DNA of 57,517 bases from Chiloscyllium plagiosum (Eukaryota): contig NC_057719.1 in the NCBI RefSeq assembly GCF_004010195.1, positions 1,619,761 through 1,677,277 on the forward strand, read 5' to 3'. Below the pieces are notes generated by a model, which saw only the letters and a list, made by a program, of their open reading frames with translations, made no database searches and was not told the DNA's origin. Positions 25,791 to 39,790 of this stretch are shown here, in pieces. A program made the translations under genes and the position numbers. Every line of letters starts with the position of its first letter. Within the stretch, counting starts at the first letter, position 1.

Positions 25791-26929
25791 TGTTGCAGTC
25801 CATTCCTGGGTGGATTTTGACGGTGCAGGAGATTTTGATCAAAGCTCAGATTGTAGGCTGCATAATCCACCAGTAAGGAAATGGAGCCAGTGTGTATAAA
25901 AGGGAGTTACTGAGAAGTGAAGAGGGATTGCATTTATAATAGTTCCTTTTGCAACCTTGGAACATTCCTAATATTTTTGAAGTGCTTTAAAAGGAGAAGC
26001 ACTGGCAGGTTCTTCCTGATGTGTTGGTTAGCATTTATACCGCATTCAACACCTAAAACATACTACTTAATCATTTAAAGCAGAAACAAAAAAATACTGG
26101 CAGAGCTCAGCAGGTCTGACAGCATCTGTGGAGAGAAAAACAGAGTTAACGTTTCAGGTCAATGACATTTAATTGCTTATTGTGAAGGCTGCAGGGTGAA
26201 AACTGGCTGTAGTACCTCTGAAGCCAGAGAGATGACAGTTCCGTGTTCAGTCCTTCCAGTATCTATGTTTCTGTAAAGTGAAGGTACTTACTATGGTGCT
26301 GAACAGATGCATTTGCCTTTAGGGCAATTCTTAAGCATCCTTTCTGACATCAGTAATTTTGTTTTTTAAGTAGTCTCCAATATTTGATGGGAAATCTCTT
26401 CTTTCCCTCTGCATGTTAGGAGAGGAGCTATGAAGCATGCTGCCAAATGTCTTTACAATAGTCCCTGTGAAAAGTTGCAGCTGGTTAAAACCTGTCAGAT
26501 GTACATGAGGCAGAAAGAGTTTGTGTGTGATTGAAAGCTCAACTTCTAACCATATAATGCATTTCCTTTCCATACCAATGTATTTTATTGTGTTTATTTT
26601 CCTTTGATCTGTCCTAACCCTCTTGGTGGTTTGGACTCTTGCTGGGATGCGGTTGTACTGATGCTTCCCCAAAGGCAAAGGCTCCTCCATTAGCCCATTC
26701 CAAAGCATTAAACAATGACAGTCCAGCTGGATTCTCAATGATGCTGACTGGGAGATAAACATCAGCTAGAATGATGGACAGAGCTCCCCTGCTCCCTTAG
26801 TAATATATTATAACATTTTGGTAGAGCCCAAGGTCATGAAAGGACCTATATAAATGTACCTACCTCCCTCAGTTCCTCTGTATATAGTCACTAACTTTAC
26901 TTGTAATTAGATCATTCCCCTAGCCATGC

Positions 26930-28790
26930 AATTTTGTGCCCAAGGTTAATGCTCCAGTCTGCTCTCTTGGAAGAGAATCTTCAAGCCTCGCTGAATAATT
27001 CAAGGAGGCATTCTGAAGAACTGGTTTCATCGTAAACCTCAAGAAGACTCAACTCCTTTACCAACCTGTCCCAGATCAAACTCCACTCCGTCCCTTCATT
27101 ATGATCAATGGAGAAATCCTCCTAACATTTTCTCTATCTGGGAAGCTACCTCACATCTAAGGCTGACATCAATGTGCAAATTCAACATAAGACCACAAGA
27201 AATAGGAACAGGAGTAGGCTGTTCAGTCCCTTGAACCTGCTTCTCCATACAATAGGATCATGGCTATTCCTCATGGCCCTGCCCTTTCCTCATGGCCCTG
27301 ATTCTCTGGCTGATCAAGAATCTATCGATGTCAGCCTGATATATGCAGAAAGGTTATGTCCCCCACAACTCTCTGTGGAAAGAGTTCCAAAGAGTTCTCA
27401 ACCCTCTGAGAGAAGAAATTCTTCCTCATCTCAGCCTTAAATTGGTGCCCCTTTCTTCTGAGACTGTGCTGTCTGGTCCTAGACTCTCCCATGAGGGGGA
27501 ACATCCTCTCAGCATTGACCCTGTCAAGCCCCTTAAGAATCTGACATGCTTCTAATAAGATTACCTCTCATTCTTTTAAATCTCAATGGGTAGAGACCCA
27601 ACCTGTTTCATCTTTGCTCATAAGACAATTTCTCCATACCAGGGATTATGCTAGTGAACCTTTACTATCCTGCCTCCAGTGAAATGATTTATTTTCCTTT
27701 AAATAGGGAGATCAGTTCTCCAGATGTAGTCTCTCTAGCACCTTGTACAGTCGCAGTACTCTTATGTTCCAATCCCTTGAAACAAGGGCCGCCCGAAACG
27801 TCGAATCTTCTGTTCCCTAGATGCTGCCTGACCTGCTGTGCTGTTCCAGCAATAAAGTTTCAGCTTTGATCTCCAGCGTCTGCAGACCTCACTTTCTCCC
27901 CACCATTGTATTTGCCTTCCTGATTATCTGCTGCACCTATGTGCATTGTATCCAGTCTGTGAGCACAACTTTCGGGCGCCGAAGAATAAGAGTCTTCGAT
28001 GACCATGACATCTGTGCTGGTACCAACGTCATTGTGTATTAGACCATCACCCCTTCCAGGAGAAAGTGAGGACTGCAGATGCTGGGGGACCAGAGCTTAA
28101 AATTGTGTTGCCAGAAAAGCTTATGCCCGAAACGTCGATTCTCCTTCTCCTTTGATGCTGCCTGGCCTGCTGCGCTTTTCCAGCAACACATTTTTAAGCA
28201 TCACCCCTTCCAGCTCATCAAAATGGCTCCGAAACTTGGACTATGTATAGATGCAACCTCAAACCTTTGAGAAGTACCATCGATGCTGTTTGAGACGGTT
28301 TCTCTACATCATCTGGGAGGACATGCATACGAAAATCAGTGTCCATGAAGCAGCTAGCAACACCAGCATTGAGGCCATGGTCACCTGAAACCAACTCCAC
28401 TGGGCCAGCCACGTCATTGGTTTGCCTGAGTTCTAACTTTCATAGCAAATCTTCACTCAGCTCAAGGAAAGCACTTGAATGGGACAAAGGAAGCATTTCA
28501 AAGATTCCCTGAACTCTTTCCTTAAGAAATGCAATGCATATATCAATGCATTGGACACTCCTGTTCAGAGGAAACCAACTTGGAGGAAACTCCGGTATGA
28601 GGGTGCAATTCTTTGAGAACATACATTGGCAAGAAAAAATCAGAAAAGAACCGGAAAATGGAATGCCAATGACCTCAGGACTGAGGACCAATGTCACCTC
28701 CAGAAACTCCTCCCAAATCTGTTGTGGTAGATGTGGCTCTAGGATCAGGTTCATTTAGCTACAGAAGGAATGATGGAACCCATGATCTGT
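26930..28790 (+). mobile_element. RTE-clade LINE fragment split by a minus CR1 (~27187-27940) and by Penelope pLTR inserts
   Basis: VNLKKTQLLYQP...FSYLGSYLTSKADINVQIQH at 27030-27186, then WASHVIGLP...GQRKHFKDSLNSFLKKC at ~28400-28530. Confidence 0.7.
28060..28198. mobile_element. Inverted Penelope pLTR mini-insertion with 15-bp TSD
   Basis: CATCACCCCTTCCAG at 28045-28059 and 28199-28213 flanks two opposed pLTR pieces. Confidence 0.85.
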
Positions 28791-29069
28791 GACACAGAAT
28801 TTCCTATGTTGACAATGATAGTTGATGGCGAGTGATTGTCAATGATGATTGAAACACTTTTGGAGCAAGAACCTTCTACAAAGTTCAGTCCTTTACCTAA
28901 TGTCCACCTGCATGCAGAGACCATATGGCAATGGTGAGAATTGTCAGTAAAGCCATTTGAAACCTCTCATGTCCCAAAGTGGTTCACCATCATTGAGGTA
29001 TGTTTTGAAATGTAGTCACCGAAGTAGTGAGGGAACACAGCATGCTTCCACAAACAGCACCGAGCCATT

Positions 29070-29930
29070 GAGTCATATAGCACAGAGACAGATACTTTTG
29101 TCCAACTCATTCATATTGACCAGGTTTCCCAGTCCCATTTGCCTGCAATTGGCCACTATCCTTCTAAACATTTACTATTTATGTACCTTTCTAAATGTCT
29201 TTTCAGTGTTACAACTGTACCTGCCTCTATCATTTCCTTAGCAGTTCATTCCATGTACAAAGTACCCCCTGTGTGAAAAGATTGTCCCTTAGGTCCTTTT
29301 TAAATATTTCCCCTCTCACTTTAAACCTATGGCCTCTAGTTATGGACATTTCTACCGTAGCGAAAAGACCTTGGCTATTCGCTTTATCTATACCTGTCAT
29401 GATTTTATAAACTTCAATAAGATCACCCCTCAACTTCCTATTCTTCAGAGAAAAATGTCCCAACCTATCAGCTTCTCCTCATAACTAAAACCCTCCAGGT
29501 CCAGTCACATCTTTGTAAATCTTTTCTGCACCCTTTCCAGTTTAATAACATCCTTCTGACAGCAGGACGACCAGAACTATACATAGTGTTTCAAAAGTGA
29601 CCTCACCAATGGCCTATACAGCTGCAAAATGATGTCCCAATATCTATATGCCACCTTCACCACTGCCCACCTGTGATGCCATTTTTAAGAAACTATGTTT
29701 GTGCATCCCATGTCTGTTTTTTTTTGGTAACATTATCCAGGGCCCCACCATTAATTGTACAAGTCCTGCTCTAGTTTGCCTTACAATCTCACATTTATCT
29801 ACATTAGATTCTATGTGCCCTCCTCAGCCCATTGACTCAGCTAATCAAGATCTCTCTGTATTCTTGGGTAGTCTTCTTCACTGTCCACCACATGATCAAT
29901 TTTGGTATCATCCACAGACTTACTAATCAT
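29070..29930 (-). mobile_element. HER1/CR1 LINE 3' fragment
   Basis: KLRGDLIEVYKIM...TRGHRFKVRG...WNEL. Confidence 0.85.
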
Positions 29931-32900
29931 ATATTTTAGTTATATAATCTGTGTTTTCCGATGTGAACTGAAGGATAAGCATCAATCAGGATATTGTTCT
30001 CTGGTCTTCTTTGACATGTTTTTATAATTGTTATTTATGTACTTTGCCTTTAATGGAGTCGTGGGCTGTTATGTATACAGTATTGTGATTCTGCCTGACT
30101 GTTGATCTTCAGTGGATTTGCACACATACACAGAAGTTGGTTTGCTGTAATGTCTGCTTCATAGTTTATAATATATTTTTAACAAACTAATCCATGGAGT
30201 TGATCAACAAGCGATTCTCACATTAGTCATAACAGTCTATTAATCAATGTTTATCTGAGAGGGCAGGCAGGATCTTCCCTCAAGGTCTCATTTGAAAGAT
30301 CGCATGCTCAAAAACATCAACGAGCATGAGTGGGGGGAGGACCTTCCCCTGGTTCCTGGAGGTATTTCCTTTATTTGTTGTTTGGATCAGGGTATTGCTG
30401 GCAGGGCCAGTATTTATCTCCCATCCCTATCTGCATATGAGGTGGTGGTGGTGAACCACTGTCTTGACCAAGGTGCAAGTATTGGTTTGGAACAACTGAG
30501 GCACCACCAGGATATTTCAAAAGTAATTAAGAGTCAGTTACATCGCTGAAGTGTGGGAGTCATGTATAAGCTAGACCAGGTGAGACTGTTAGATTCCTTT
30601 CTCTATTAAAATTCATGAACCTGTTGAGTCTTCAATAGCCCAATAGGTTCATGGTCATGATTATTGATGCTAGTTTTTTAATTTTAAATTTGCTTAATTA
30701 ATTGAATTTAAATTTCTCAGCTGCAGCAGTGGGATTTTAACTATGTCTCTGGGACAGTCATGTAGGTTTCTGAATTACTCATCCAGTAACATAATCATTA
30801 TGCTGCTGTTCCCCATTCTTAAGAGCTCATGTTGTGGCATAAATTCCCCTCAGTAGAGCCCTGATCTGTTTTTTGTCTGCTTATTTTTAGACAGTAGAAT
30901 TTTTAGCAAGGACTGCTATTTCTTTATCCCTAGATGTCCTAAGAAGGTAATGACCTTATTATTTAATGGTAGTAGTTATGGATACATGAATCACACAACG
31001 TTAGTATGCAGGTACATCAAGTCATGAGGAAGGCAAATGGAATGCTGTTGTCTAATACAAACAGTTTGAAGTATAATAGGGCCTTGATTAAACTACATCT
31101 GGAATACAGTTTTAGTCTAAGTCAGATAGCAAACTTCAGTCTAACTCATTGTGCCAACCGGACATCCCAATCTGACCTAATCCCATTTTCCACCATTTGG
31201 CCCATATCCCTTTCAACCTTTCTATTCACGTGTCCATCCAGCTGCCTTTTAAATGTTGTAAGTACCTGCTCTGGTATTTCCTCTGGCAAGTCTTTCCATA
31301 TGTGCACCACCCTCTGCATGAAAAGAGTTAGCCCTCAGGTCCTTTTTTTAAATCTTTCCACTCTTACTTTAAACCTATGTCCTCCTGATTTGGACTCCCC
31401 TGCCCTGGGGGTATTCACCCTATCCATTCCCCTCATGCTTTTATAAGCCTGTTTAGGGACACCCCATAGCCTTCGACGCTCCAGGGAAAAAAAAGCCCCA
31501 GCCTCTTCCTATAACTCAAGTCCTTCAGTTCTGGCAACAGCCATTTCTGTATCTTTTTAACACCCTTCTGAGAGAAGGGTGACTGCATTTGTACGCAGTA
31601 TTCAAAAGGTGGCCTCACCAATATCCTGTACAACCGCAACATGACTTCCCAATTCCTACACTCAATGTTCCCACCAATGAGGTGAAGCATGCCAAAGCTG
31701 CCTTCACCATCCTTTCTACCTGCAACTCCACTTTCAAGGAACTATGTACCTACACCCCAGGTCTCTTTGTTTGCAGCACTCCCCAGTGTACAAGTCCTGC
31801 CCTGATTTGCCTTACCAAAATGCAACATCTCACATGTATCTAAACTAAACTCCATTTGGCATTCCTTGGTTCATTGGCCCAGCTAATTAAGGTCCTGTTG
31901 TACTCTGAGATAACCTTCTTTGCTGTCCATATAAACCTCCTATTTTGGAGTCGTCTACAAATTTACCAACCAAATCATTCATATAAATGATGAAAAGCAG
32001 TGGATTCAGCACTGATCCATGTGGCACACCACTGGTCACAAGCCTCCAGTTCGAAAAGCAACCCTCTACCAACAACCTTCAAGTCAATTTTGCATCCAAT
32101 TAGCTAGCTCCTCTGGATCCCATGGATCTAACTTTACTAACTAGTCTACCATGTGGAACCTTGTTGAACATTTGGCTGAAGTCCATGTAAATAATGTTCA
32201 CTGTTCTGCCTTCATCAGTCTTCTTTGTCACCTCTTCAAAAAATCCGTCAAGTTAGAGAGAGACAACTTCCAATGCACGCAGCCATTTTGACTATCCATA
32301 ATCTTTTCAAAGGCACGTAAATCAGGTCCCTCAAAATCCCCTCCAACACCTTCCCCACTATTGACATAAGGCTCACAGGTCTATAGTTCCTAGGCTTCTC
32401 CTTGCAGCCTTTTTTAAATAATGGCACCACATTAACCACCCTCCAGTCTTCCAGCACCGCACCCATGGCTATTGATACAAATGTCAAAGCGAGGAGTCCA
32501 GTAATCTCTTCCCTAGCTTCCCACAGAGTTCTAGGAAACACCTGATCAGGACCCAGGGGTTTATCTACCTTTGTGTTTTAAGATCCCCAGCACCTCCTCT
32601 TAGAGCCATAGAGATGTATAGCACAACCAGCCCCTCAGTCCAACTCGTCCATGCCGACCAGATATCCTCAACTAATCTAGTCCCATTTGCCAGCATTTGG
32701 CTCATACCCCTCTAAACCGTTCCTATTCATATACCCATCCAGATTCATTTAAATGTTGTGATTGTACTAACCTCCACCACTTCCTCTAGCAGCTCATTCC
32801 AGACACGCACCACCCTCTACATTAAAAAACTGCCTCTTAGATCCCTTTCAAATCTTTCCCCTCTCACCTTAAACCTATGCCCTCAAGTTTTGGACTCCCC

Positions 32901-33360
32901 TATCCTGGGGAAAGGACCTTGACTTTCACCTTATCCACGCCCTTCATGATTAATAAACTTCTATAACGTTCTGTAGTATTGACTGTTTTCAAGATATCAC
33001 TGTTTATTTCCTCAAATTCCCTAGCTTCATGTCCTTCTCCACAGTAAACACTAATGCAAAATTTTTATTCAGTATCTCACCGATCTCCTGCGGTTCCACG
33101 CATAGACTGCCATGTTGATCTTTCAGAGGCATTATTCTTTCCCTAGTTACTCTCTTGAACTCAATGTACTTAGAGAATCTTTTTGGATTCCCCCAACTCT
33201 AATTGCAAAAGCTATCTCTTGTCCTTCTTTTGACCTTCTGATTTCCTCTTAAGTATATTACCTTTATAATCCTCTAGGGATTCACTTGATCCTAGTTGTC
33301 TACTTGACATATACCTCCTTTTTCTTGACCAAAGCCTCAATTTCTTTTGTCATCCAGCAT

Positions 33361-34740
33361 ATGGAAGATATAGAATGTAGGGAAATAGATGGTGACACCT
33401 TGAAAAATGAACATATCAGAGGAGGAAGTGCTGGATGTCTTGAAATGCATAAAGGTGGATAAATCCCCAGGACCTGATCAGGTGTACCCTAGAACTCTGT
33501 AGGAAGCTAGAGAAGTGATTGGTGGGCCTCATGTTGAGATATTTGTATCATCGATAGTCACAGGTGAGGTGCCAGAAGACTGGAGGTTGGCTAACTTGGT
33601 GCCACTGTTTAAGAAGGGTGGTAAGGACAAGCCAGGGAACTATAGACCAGTGAGCCTGACCTCGGTGGTGGTCAAGTNNNNNNNNNNNNNNNNNNNNNNN
33701 NNNNNNNNNNNNNNNNNNNNNNNNNNNNNNNNNNNNNNNNNNNNNNNNNNNNNNNNNNNNNNNNNNNNNNNNNNNNNNNNNNNNNNNNNNNNNNNNNNNN
33801 NNNNNNNNNNNNNNNNNNNNNNNNNNNNNNNNNNNNNNNNNNNNNNNNNNNNNNNNNNNNNNNNNNNNNNNNNNNNNNNNNNNNNNNNNNNNNNNNNNNN
33901 NNNNNNNNNNNNNNNNNNNNNNNNNNNNNNNNNNNNNNNNNNNNNNNNNNNNNNNNNNNNNNNNNNNNNNNNNNNNNNNNNNNNNNNNNNNNNNNNNNNN
34001 NNNNNNNNNNNNNNNNNNNNNAGGACTTATACACTTAATGGTAAGGTCCTAGGGAGTGTTGCTGAACAAAGAGACCTTGGAGTGCAGGTTCATAGCTCCT
34101 TGAAAGTGGAGTCGCAGGTAGATAGGATAGTGAAGAAGGCGTTTGGTATGCTTTCTTTTATTGGTCAGAGTATTGAGTACAGGAGTTGGGAGGTCATGTT
34201 GTGGCTGTACAGGACATTGGTTAGGCCACTGTTGGAATATTGCATGCAATTCTGGTCTCCTTCCTATCAGAAAGATGTTGTGAAACTTGAAAGGGTTCAG
34301 GAAAGACTTACAAGGATGTTGCCAGGTTTGAAGGATTTGAGCTACAGGGAGAGGCTGCGCAGGCTGGGGCTGTTTTCCCTGGAGCGTCAGAGGCTGAGGC
34401 GTGACCTTATAGGGATTTACAAAATCATGAGGGGCATGGATAGGATAAATAGGCAAAGTCTTTTCCCTGGGGTGGTGGAGTCCAGAACTAGAGGGCATAG
34501 GTTTAGGGTGAGAGGGGAAAGATATAAAAGAGACNNNNNNNNNNNNNNNNNNNNNNNNNNNNNNNNNNNNNNNNNNNNNNNNNNNNACATTTAAGAGGCA
34601 TTTGGATGGGTATATGAATAGGAAGGGTGGGCTGGGTGTTGGCAGGTGGGACAAGATTGGGTTGGGATATCTGGTCGGCATAGATGGGTTGGACTGAAGG
34701 GTCTGTTTCCATGCTGTACATCTCTATGACTATGACTCTA
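33361..34740 (+). mobile_element. HER1/CR1 LINE (young), spanning assembly gaps
   Basis: KSPGPD...PEDWRLANLVPLFKKG..NYRPVSLTSVV; C-terminal RT; ctatgactatgactcta tail. Confidence 0.9.
33678..34021. other. Assembly gap (N run); a second gap lies at 34535-34587
   Basis: Runs of N inside a young CR1 copy. Confidence 0.99.
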
Positions 34741-36589
34741 TCAGCCTTGCCCTTCACACGAACAGGAACATACTGCCTCTGAACACTTGTTATCTCATTT
34801 TTAAAGGCCTCCCAATTCCCAACCATCCCTTTACTTGGGAATAGCCTCCCCAATCAACTTTTGAAAGTTCCTCTATTTTGAAAAAACAATATGATTGCTT
34901 TGGAAGCAGATCAGAGGTTTGCTTGCCTAATTCCTGGATCGAAGATTCTTTTATTTGAGTTTAGAAAAACGCGAGGTGACCTTATCAAAACATACAAGTT
35001 CCTCAAGGAACGTGATAGGTGGATAATGGTTGGATTTCCCTTTTGGGGACAAGAGTACAACTAGGGAACACAATTTAAGAACAGTTGGTCTCCTATTTAA
35101 GGTGGACATGAGAATATTTTCTCAGCTGGTTGTTAGTCTGAGAGTTCTATCCCTCATAAAACAGTGGAGGTGGGGTCATTAAATTTAATTGAGACAGATT
35201 TATGTGGGCAATGGAATTGAGGGTTTTTGGGGGTTCAGACAAGGCAGTGGAGCTGAATTCACACAATCAGATCTTCTTGAATGGTAGCAGAGACTCAAAA
35301 GGCCAAATGGCCTACTTCTCCTTGGTTTGATGTCCCTAACTGCCTCGGCCGTTTTTAAAGGCAATTGAGCCAAATAACTGAAAGAATCAAATTAGACTTG
35401 AAATGTCAACTCTATCTCCACAGATCCTGCCAAACCTGCTTAGTATTTTCTGCACTTTGTGTTAGCTGCCTGTAGGCCCATACTGGTGAACGCAGACGTT
35501 TTCCATTCCTAAATGATGTTTGTGAACTGCTCCATTTTCATCAAAATCTGAAAAAATAAGACTTTTTATTTCTATGCATACTTTTCACTGGCTTTTTACT
35601 TTCAGAGTTTGAAGTATTTCTAAACTTCCTCAGGAAGATTTGAACGTGCAATCTCTGGCTTCTTAGTCCTGTCTCATAGTCACTTTCCTATCGTGCCTAT
35701 CTTTCCATCACTCACTATCTTAGAATCATGCATTGGTCTTTGATCTGTTTGTTTGACTCTGTCTATTGTCATCTCTATCTTCTGTGTAATGACAGGTACA
35801 ATGCATTTATAGTACATAACGGAACATCACATTCCCATATTTTCTCAAAGTAGTGTACAATCAATCTGTTGCCTGTGCTTTTGGTGACAGCTAGCTTCTC
35901 AAACAGTGATCATTTCAGGAAGTCATTCAGCTTACCGGGCTGTACCTCCATTCAGATTGACCATGCCTGATACGTATTTCATCTCCATATAGCCACATTT
36001 GCTCCATATCCAGTGATACATTTACTAGTCCCAGTCTTGCAAACTCCAGTTGACCTGCAGCATCCAAAGTCTTATGTGGAAAACAATGCTCTTGATTTTC
36101 ATTTGGAAATAGTCCAGCTCTAACTTTAAGGTGCTGCCTTCTCTTTCTAGATTCAGCCACATGAGGAAATAGTATTTTTGTTTTATTCATGTATTGAGGG
36201 CGTCACTGGCCAGGCCAGCATTTATTGCCCATCCCTAATTACCCAGAGAGCTGTGGGTCTGGAGTCACATGTAGGCCAGACCAGGTGAGGATGTAAGGTC
36301 AGACCTAAATGATATTAGTGAACCAGATGGGTTTTTCCAACAACCGCCAATGGTTTCATTATCATTATTTGACTCCTAATCTTGAATTTTTATGAATTCA
36401 AATTTCACCATCTGCCATGGTTGAATTTGAACCCTGGTCCCCCTGGGTCTCTGGATTAACAATCCAGGTGACAATACGACTAGGCTATCACCTCCCCGTA
36501 ACCATATCTATTGTATCAACTCCTGCCAGCACTTTTTAAGTGCCTTGTGATGTTGTGAGTTGGTGAAATGCATTACTTAAATACAAGTG

Positions 36590-37430
36590 TTTGCCTTTGC
36601 TTCAACATTCTTAAATTAAAGAATATGAACCAACCTGTCTGAATAATTTCATTCTTTCAGCCATGGTATCATTCTGAGGAACCTGTGTTGCAATTCTCTC
36701 AGGCCATGACTTAATTTCTGAGACATGGTCCCAGAGAAATGAGCAGTGTTACTCAAAATGGGGTCTGGCCAAGGCTGTCTGCTTTGTTCTTGAGGAAAAG
36801 TCAGCATTCAGCTGAACCTTTTTAATTGCTTCTGATACTTGTTCAGTAGCTTTCAGTAATGTGCGCACATGACCAGCTTAATCCCTTTGCTGCTCCACTA
36901 ATGTTCTCTCATCATTAAGAAATTATGATGATTTATCCTTCTCTGATTCAAAGTGAATGCCCTCACACTTGCGCACATTAAACTACATATGTTAGTTTTA
37001 TTCATTCACTAAGTCTGTGTTGATTTGCCAATTCCTGCCCTTATCTACGCAAGTTCCTGTACCTTCTAACTTACTGTTACATACAAATCTAGATATACAA
37101 TTTTCTATTTTTCCATCTAAACCATTGATACAAATGGTGAAAAGCTGTGTTCCTAGAATAATTGCTGGGGGAGCATCACTTGCCATATCCATTCAATCCA
37201 GATATATTCCCTTTGACTCAATAGTTACTTCCTAGCTCCCAAATAATTTGTGATCCACCTCATAAGTTTTCATCCAAATTCTTGCATTTTCCTCTTGCTT
37301 GCTTTTCCTTGAATAGAAACTTATTAAGTGCCTCTTGGAGGTTCATATAGACAGCATCCATTGATTTTCCATTATTCACAAGCCTGTGACCTTCAAAAGA
37401 ATATATTTATAATAATCAGTCATAATCTTT
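36590..37430 (-). mobile_element. Old CR1 RT fragment
   Basis: ILGTQLFTICINGLD..IENCISRFV..SKL, a degenerate form of PQGS..GP.LF.I.IND / KFADD. Confidence 0.6.
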
Positions 37431-38364
37431 CATATAAACATGCACAGATTCATATCAACTCTCTCTGACTAACTGTTATTTGCTACTATCACTGTCTCTG
37501 GTAGAGTCCAGTAACAGGTACAATTTATACCATACTGACGGGATTTAATGAACAGGGTAACCAACCATCCTGTTTTTATGGTCTTGCCTTGTATATAGAA
37601 GAAAGGACATCAGTCAAGGGCTATTAATCCTAATTCTGCCATTCCATGAACTCTCTTCCACTTATTTAACCTTGAGAGAAAAGTTTTGCCCAGAAATATG
37701 TTCATAGTGCTTAATATCTTGGAAAATGATCAGACAATAAGTTGATGGTGTGTAGATATCCAGTTTTATTTCAATGTTCCTCATGTGTCAAATGTAGTTG
37801 TTTTTGTTCTTCATTGAGGCACTCCAATGCCACTGCTAGCATGTGTCTTGGATTGGCATACTGACTAAATTTGTACATTTTCATGACATTTAAAGCCACA
37901 CCTGTGCCTCCCTATACTTTGAAAGATCTTCCCAATTAGTTCCTCTACCTGTCGCTTTCCCTATAGCACTGCAAATCTTTTCTTTTGTTTCCTCAGTCTG
38001 CATTCCTCCCACTCTAAAATGTCAGTCCTGATGTTACTGCATGCTTGAGATGTGAAGCTGCAGTCTGTTGAGAGAACTGTTCCTTCAAGCCTATTCTATT
38101 CAGTCTGTATGTGATTATGGTATCATGGGCTCTTGCAGCCTCTCATCACCTGGGTATCTGTTACCACAAGTGTAGTTAGTTCTTTCAGCTTGCCTTGTTA
38201 AACAAGCTATAATTAACATTAATATTGTGGTAGCCTTCAGCTTCCCTTCTCAGTAGGAGGGTGGTGTAACAAATAGTGACACTCCCCCACTCAAGAGCTG
38301 TGAACAGGGTTGGGGGATGGGCTGGGAGGATCAGTTATGCTCCTATTCAGCAGTACATAGAGCG

Positions 38365-38640
38365 AAAACAACAACTTTGACAGCGTTAACATGGTGGTGC
38401 ATCCTACAATGTTTCACAGGAGCTGATAGGACTCAGAGTTACATAAGGGGATATTAGGTCAGATAACCAAAAGTTTGGTTAAAGAGGAATGATTTAAGGA
38501 GCCTCTTAAAAGCGGAAAGTAATGCAGAGATGTGCTGGGAGGGTGTTCCAGAGCCTGGAGACTTAGGTAACTGACAGAATAGCCAGAATTGAAAATTAGG
38601 GATGACAGGAACTAGAGGAGTTGCAGATGTCTTACAGGGT
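38365..38640 (-). mobile_element. L2-like LINE 3' end
   Basis: Minus strand ...ISALLSAFKRLLKSFLFNQTFG, typical L2 C-terminus. Similar copies at ~44790-44975 (+) and ~53535-53760 (-). Confidence 0.55.
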
Positions 38641-38758
38641 GTCACATTGTTAACTGTTCCCCATTGAGTGGTATGAAGCTATCATAGCTACCTCCACAGG
38701 AAGACATGGGTGGATGTTGAAACCTTTTCAGCGACTTTTTTTTAAACTTCTGTTGTAG

Positions 38759-38885
38759 GCTTAATGAATTTGAAGAGACACCAACCAGCCAGTTAACAAT
38801 CGACGAGTTTATGAAGATTGATTTGGAGGAAGAGTGTGACCCACCTTCATTCACAGCAGGAAAGAGAAAGATTCGGCTGCAACAG
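38759..38885 (+). CDS. BRF1: BRF1 coding exon (human exon ~8 equivalent), Brf1 homology block I
   Basis: tgttgtag|GCTTAAT...CAACAG|gtaact; 127 bp. (R)[42 protein letters not shown]. Confidence 0.96.
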
Positions 38886-39368
38886 GTAACTGTATTATAA
38901 TTGGGAGAGCAGAGACTAGAGTGGTGCCTTTTGATAAACGATTTTAATTCTTCATTCTTCTCAATTTTCTTTACTCCATTTTTGAAGATTTGACTCTTAA
39001 GTTGAGGTATGATTCCTCAGTGACCAGCCCTTCTTAAGTACCTCACCCCAAGTGACTGTTTGATTAAAGGGTGACCACAGCTCAGCAGAGACTCGTCAGC
39101 ACCTTACCTAACATTAGGACCAGACTTTTCAGCAGATTGCATGAGAAATTTCATTAAAAATCGTCAGGCAGTGCCTTCCAAACCCACGACCACTTCCATC
39201 CAGAAGGACAAGTGTAGCAGATACATGGAAACACCACCCCCTGCAAATTCTCCTCCAAGCCATTCACCATGCCAACTTGGAAATATGTCGCCGTTCCTTC
39301 ACTGTCACTGAGTCAAAATCCTGGAGTTCCATCCTTCGGGACATTGTGGGTCAACTTACAGCATGCAG

Positions 39369-39790
39369 ACTGGGGGGAAGGTAGCTGAGGAAACAATAGT
39401 CAGATGAAGGTGAGGAAGAAGGTGATAGGTCGTCGATGAGTGTGGAGCGGATAGATGGGAATGGTGATGGACAGGTCAAGAGGACGGTGCCATGTTGGAG
39501 TCTTGGGACTGGGATAATGTGGGGAGAGGGGAAATGAGGAAACTGGTGAAATCCACATTGATCCGTGTGGTTGCAGGGTCCCAAGGCGGAATATGGGGCA
39601 TTCTTCCTCCAGGCATTGGGTGGTAAAGGTTTGGCGATGGAGGAGGCCCAGGACCTGCATGTCCTTGACAGTGTGGGAGGGGGAGTTGAAGTGTTCAGCC
39701 ACAGGGCAGTAGAGTTGGTTGGTGCAGTGACCCTCCTCGAATGCTGACTGATCTGTGCTTTTCCAGCACCATACTCTTGACTCTGTCCAC
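39369..39790 (-). mobile_element. Penelope element 3' fragment (GIY-YIG C-terminus) with an inverted pLTR piece
   Basis: AEHFNSPSHTVKDMQVLGLLHRQ...LEEECPIFRLGTLQPHG, homologous to 57020-57180. An opposite-strand pLTR piece lies at ~39732-39785. Confidence 0.82.

Larger units (their letters stand above)
31130..34870 (-). mobile_element. Long CR1 LINE with two nested CR1 insertions (32600-32965 minus; 33361-34740 plus)
   Basis: Minus-strand RT motifs (DWRVVNVVPLFKKG..NYRPVSL; GVPHGSVLNPLLFIIYMND..KFVDDSKIG). The host breaks at 33360 (catccagcat) and resumes at ~34741 (tcagccttgccc). Confidence 0.85.

Noticed and set aside
33515..34594. 359-aa ORF, the longest in the track
   Set aside because: CR1 RT fragments bridged by N runs. 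The 344-N gap is also shorter than the RT segment expected there, so the frame continuity is an artefact.
38725..38758. Upstream in-frame AG 27 nt before the 38759 exon
   Set aside because: The main pyrimidine tract and a likely branch point (tttaaac) lie downstream of it, so use is unlikely; there is no supporting evidence.
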